NCBI GenBank assembly: GCA_036785375.1
Contig: JAWMAR010000134.1
Coordinates: forward strand, 5,270,001 to 5,334,000
From: Leucoraja ocellata
Taxonomy: Eukaryota
DNA: 64,000 nucleotides
Direction of reading: 5' to 3'
In this document: piece by piece, positions 62,501 through 64,000 of the stretch
How the letters are laid out: every line of letters starts with the position of its first letter
Numbering within the stretch: the stretch's first letter is position 1
The notes under the pieces: generated by a model
Told to the model about the DNA's origin: nothing
Database searches by the model: none
Seen by the model: the letters and a program-made list of their open reading frames with translations, nothing else
Position numbers and translations under genes: made by a program

Positions 62501-63942
62501 CCACTAGTGTCGGATAATGCGGGACCTGCAGACGGCAAAAACAAAAAAGGATGGGCGGTCCCTGGGCTACGGATTTGTAGATTTTACGGAGCACAGCCAC
62601 TCCCTGGCCACTCTGCGCCACCTGAACAACAACCCAGAACCCTTTGGTCCAGAGAAAGTGAGTGAAGCCAAGTTTGGTGGGACTGTTCCGATTGGGATTG
62701 CTGAGATGTTTGGGGTTTGAGGTGGCATTGGCTTTCGTTGGCTCCAGGGTAGACATAAAATGCTGGAGTAATTCAGCGGGACAGGCAGCATCTCTGGAGA
62801 GAAGGAATGGGAGACGTTTCGGGACAGACTGAAGTCTGAAGAAGGGTCTCGACCCGATATGTCACCCATTCCTTCTCTCGAGATGCTGCCTGCCCCACTG
62901 AGTTACTCCAGCATTTTGTGTCTACCTTCAATTTAAATCAGCATCTGCAGTTCTTTCCTATATATTTTGTCCAAGCTCCAGGCTTTGATTTAGGGCTGCA
63001 GTTGGGACATAGAACCTGAAGGCTTTCTGCACTTCGGACTAGGCAGAAGCCGTCCACCCCCTGGTCATGTGTTTAGATACAACAGAGAAGGGCAGGATGC
63101 AAGTCTCTACTAATAGTGAAATAGTTTTGGACAAGATTGTTTTTGGCCAAAATCCCAGTTTCTATCAAGCTTACATTAAATAAATATTGCTTTTTCTCCA
63201 ATAGTTAGTCCACTGCATTCTTCAATATTTCACCTATTCCCCTCAGCAATTAGTGGGGAGACTGGGAATGTTTCCACGCAGTGCCCCCAAATTTACATCA
63301 ACACTCATCCCCATTATGAGAAATGTTTTCTTAAATGATCAAGTAAGAGAAGCAATTCTTTCCTGGGAAAGTGTTTGGATGTTACTGCTCTTAGATTCAA
63401 AATAGTTGACAGGGGACTCATTTGTAAGAGTAGGAGCTAAGAAAGCTGCGGAGAATCTAGATTGAATATAATTTGAAGAGCTGGTGGGGTGATGTACGAT
63501 GTATTGAATTACCCTTTTTCAGAGCTGTAAGATCATATATGTACCCAATACAGGGGCAGAGGTCCCATCCTGTTTCACTGTCAGAACTAATCTGAATAAG
63601 AGGGGAATCGGAGACTAAATCTTACACTTCATACTTTTATACTTAAATTTCATACTTTAGATAGCATTCCTTCTATGCCTGTTCTTTGCTGGTTACATAG
63701 AACGTCTTGTGCATTGTGGAAGAGGGATATCTTAAGGGTTAAAGAGGACCCTGCCTCCATTAACTGACATGAGATACTTCATTGATCAGTGTGCGGTGCT
63801 TTAATGCTGTGTCTCTTTCGAATCTGTAATATGATTCTCTCTGCTTTCCGTTCTTCCTCTGAAACAGAGACCAATTGTGGAATTTTCACTGGAGGATCGG
63901 AGGAAACTGAAGATCAAAGAGATGCGAGCACAAAACAATCTG
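41361..63942 (+). CDS. RBM28: RNA-binding motif protein 28 (four RRMs plus acidic region, nucleolar); 16 coding exons in window, 3' end lies beyond the window
   Basis: RRM1 [17 protein letters not shown]; RRM2 [31 protein letters not shown]; acidic block; RRM3 [28 protein letters not shown]; RRM4 [28 protein letters not shown]. All junctions GT-AG and in phase. Confidence 0.96.
42767..42910 (+). CDS. RBM28: RBM28 exon 2
   Basis: [18 protein letters not shown]; acceptor TAG, donor |GTGAGT. Confidence 0.93.
43393..43493 (+). mobile_element. Short Rex1-type 3' tail insertion with 13-bp target site duplication
   Basis: AGAATCCGTAGTG at 43380-43392 and 43494-43506; TGACAATAAA plus (ATTTC)n tail. 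Confidence 0.75.
44161..44382. mobile_element. Penelope-type palindromic insertion with 13-bp flanking duplication
   Basis: TACTGAAAACACA on both sides; internal inverted repeat. Confidence 0.75.
44458..44549 (+). CDS. RBM28: RBM28 exon 3
   Basis: ...[13 protein letters not shown]; acceptor CAG, donor |GTACT. Confidence 0.92.
46380..46620 (+). mobile_element. CR1/HER1 LINE 3' end
   Basis: TGGAATTCTCTGCCACAGAGGGCAGTGGAGGCC...GGCCGAATGGCCT...(TTTCTATG) tail. Confidence 0.85.
46893..46933 (+). repeat. ~41-nt poly-C tract (poly-G on the minus strand); similar homopolymer tracts at 14283-14300, 14456-14476 and 20554-20573
   Basis: Direct inspection. Confidence 0.9.
48027..48099 (+). CDS. RBM28: RBM28 exon 4
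   Basis: [24 protein letters not shown]. Confidence 0.92.
48490..48870 (-). mobile_element. Decayed Rex1/Babar-type LINE internal fragment
   Basis: [27 protein letters not shown] resembles the EN-RT linker (IRVFPNQKPWM) of this clade. Confidence 0.6.
49062..49907 (+). mobile_element. HE1-type SINE split by an antisense CR1/HER1 fragment (~49218-49748)
   Basis: SINE head to 49211, body resumes ~49749. The insert encodes [23 protein letters not shown]...[19 protein letters not shown] on the minus strand. Confidence 0.85.
50069..51325. mobile_element. Unclassified ~1.26 kb element bounded by 85-bp inverted repeats
   Basis: 50069-50153 matches the reverse complement of 51241-51325 at 78/85 positions. 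Confidence 0.6.
51606..51698 (+). CDS. RBM28: RBM28 exon 5
   Basis: [31 protein letters not shown]. Confidence 0.93.
52214..52285 (+). CDS. RBM28: RBM28 exon 6
   Basis: [24 protein letters not shown]. Confidence 0.92.
52994..53141 (+). CDS. RBM28: RBM28 exon 7
   Basis: [22 protein letters not shown]...APKK; phase 1 to 2. Confidence 0.85.
53560..54165 (+). mobile_element. CR1/HER1 LINE 3' fragment
   Basis: [15 protein letters not shown]...[17 protein letters not shown]. Confidence 0.88.
54555..54790 (-). mobile_element. L1-type retroposed 3' end with 18-bp target site duplication
   Basis: AGATGTATGTAATTTTTT at 54537-54554 and 54791-54808; AATAAA and A-rich tail on the minus strand. Confidence 0.7.
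55131..55297 (+). CDS. RBM28: RBM28 exon 8 (acidic region, with a GAT-repeat poly-Asp run)
   Basis: [16 protein letters not shown]...[14 protein letters not shown]...EEED; phase 2 to 1. Confidence 0.88.
55523..55604 (+). CDS. RBM28: RBM28 exon 9
   Basis: [27 protein letters not shown]. Confidence 0.92.
56059..56168 (+). CDS. RBM28: RBM28 exon 10
   Basis: [36 protein letters not shown]. Confidence 0.93.
56254..56530. mobile_element. Tigger-like MITE
   Basis: TA|CAGGTCCTCCCCAGGTTATGA ... TCATAATCTGGGAGGACTT|TA imperfect terminal inverted repeats. Confidence 0.6.
57039..57112 (+). CDS. RBM28: RBM28 exon 11
   Basis: [25 protein letters not shown]. Confidence 0.92.
58386..58521 (+). CDS. RBM28: RBM28 exon 12
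   Basis: [25 protein letters not shown]...[13 protein letters not shown]. Confidence 0.93.
58603..59975 (-). mobile_element. CR1/HER1 fragment split by an ~800-bp GC-rich non-autonomous retroelement (~58906-59707)
   Basis: CR1 sequence stops at GGGCAAGAGACTCT and resumes at GACTATCTGCATCTATCC; the insert ends in TGACAATAAA plus (TTGTA)n on the minus strand. Confidence 0.75.
60375..60439 (+). CDS. RBM28: RBM28 exon 13
   Basis: [22 protein letters not shown]. Confidence 0.92.
60898..61053 (+). CDS. RBM28: RBM28 exon 14
   Basis: [30 protein letters not shown]...ARIKE. Confidence 0.93.
62508..62657 (+). CDS. RBM28: RBM28 exon 15
   Basis: CRIMRDL...[33 protein letters not shown]. Confidence 0.93.
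62748..62960. mobile_element. Penelope-type palindromic pLTR insertion with hammerhead-like core
   Basis: GTAGACATAAAATGCTGGAG...CAGACTGAAGTCTGAAGAAGGGTCTCGACCCGATATGTCACC...CTCCAGCATTTTGTGTCTAC. Confidence 0.75.
63868..63942 (+). CDS. RBM28: RBM28 exon 16
   Basis: [25 protein letters not shown]; donor |GTAAGG. Confidence 0.92.
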
Positions 63943-64000
63943 GTAAGGACTCGATCTAGGACATGATTTAGCTGAGTTATGCGGCACCATTAGGGTTTAC

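Overview
Eukaryotic, intron-rich, AT-rich vertebrate DNA. The repeat content (HE1/V-SINE-type tRNA SINEs, HER1/CR1 LINE 3' ends, Penelope-type palindromes) points to a cartilaginous fish, probably a skate or ray (inference). Three protein-coding genes were reconstructed exon by exon with phase-consistent GT-AG junctions. (1) CALU/calumenin, minus strand: 316 aa, ending HDEF, with two tandem 194-nt mutually exclusive exons and a probable ~4.1 kb 3'UTR. (2) A 5-exon GARIN/FAM71-family gene, minus strand, ~396 aa. (3) RBM28, plus strand: 16 coding exons, continuing past the window end. This order and orientation match what I recall of human 7q32.1. Most ORF-track entries are spurious or repeat-derived. 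Most notable non-genic signals: many short Penelope-like palindromic insertions whose consensus contains a minimal hammerhead ribozyme core; a stack of four Helitron-like units in a CALU intron; a 1.3 kb element with interleaved inverted repeats in RBM28 intron 4; a decayed duplicate of the last GARIN exon; and a 39-bp duplicated element in the CALU 3'UTR. Repeat coordinates are approximate; exon coordinates were counted by hand.
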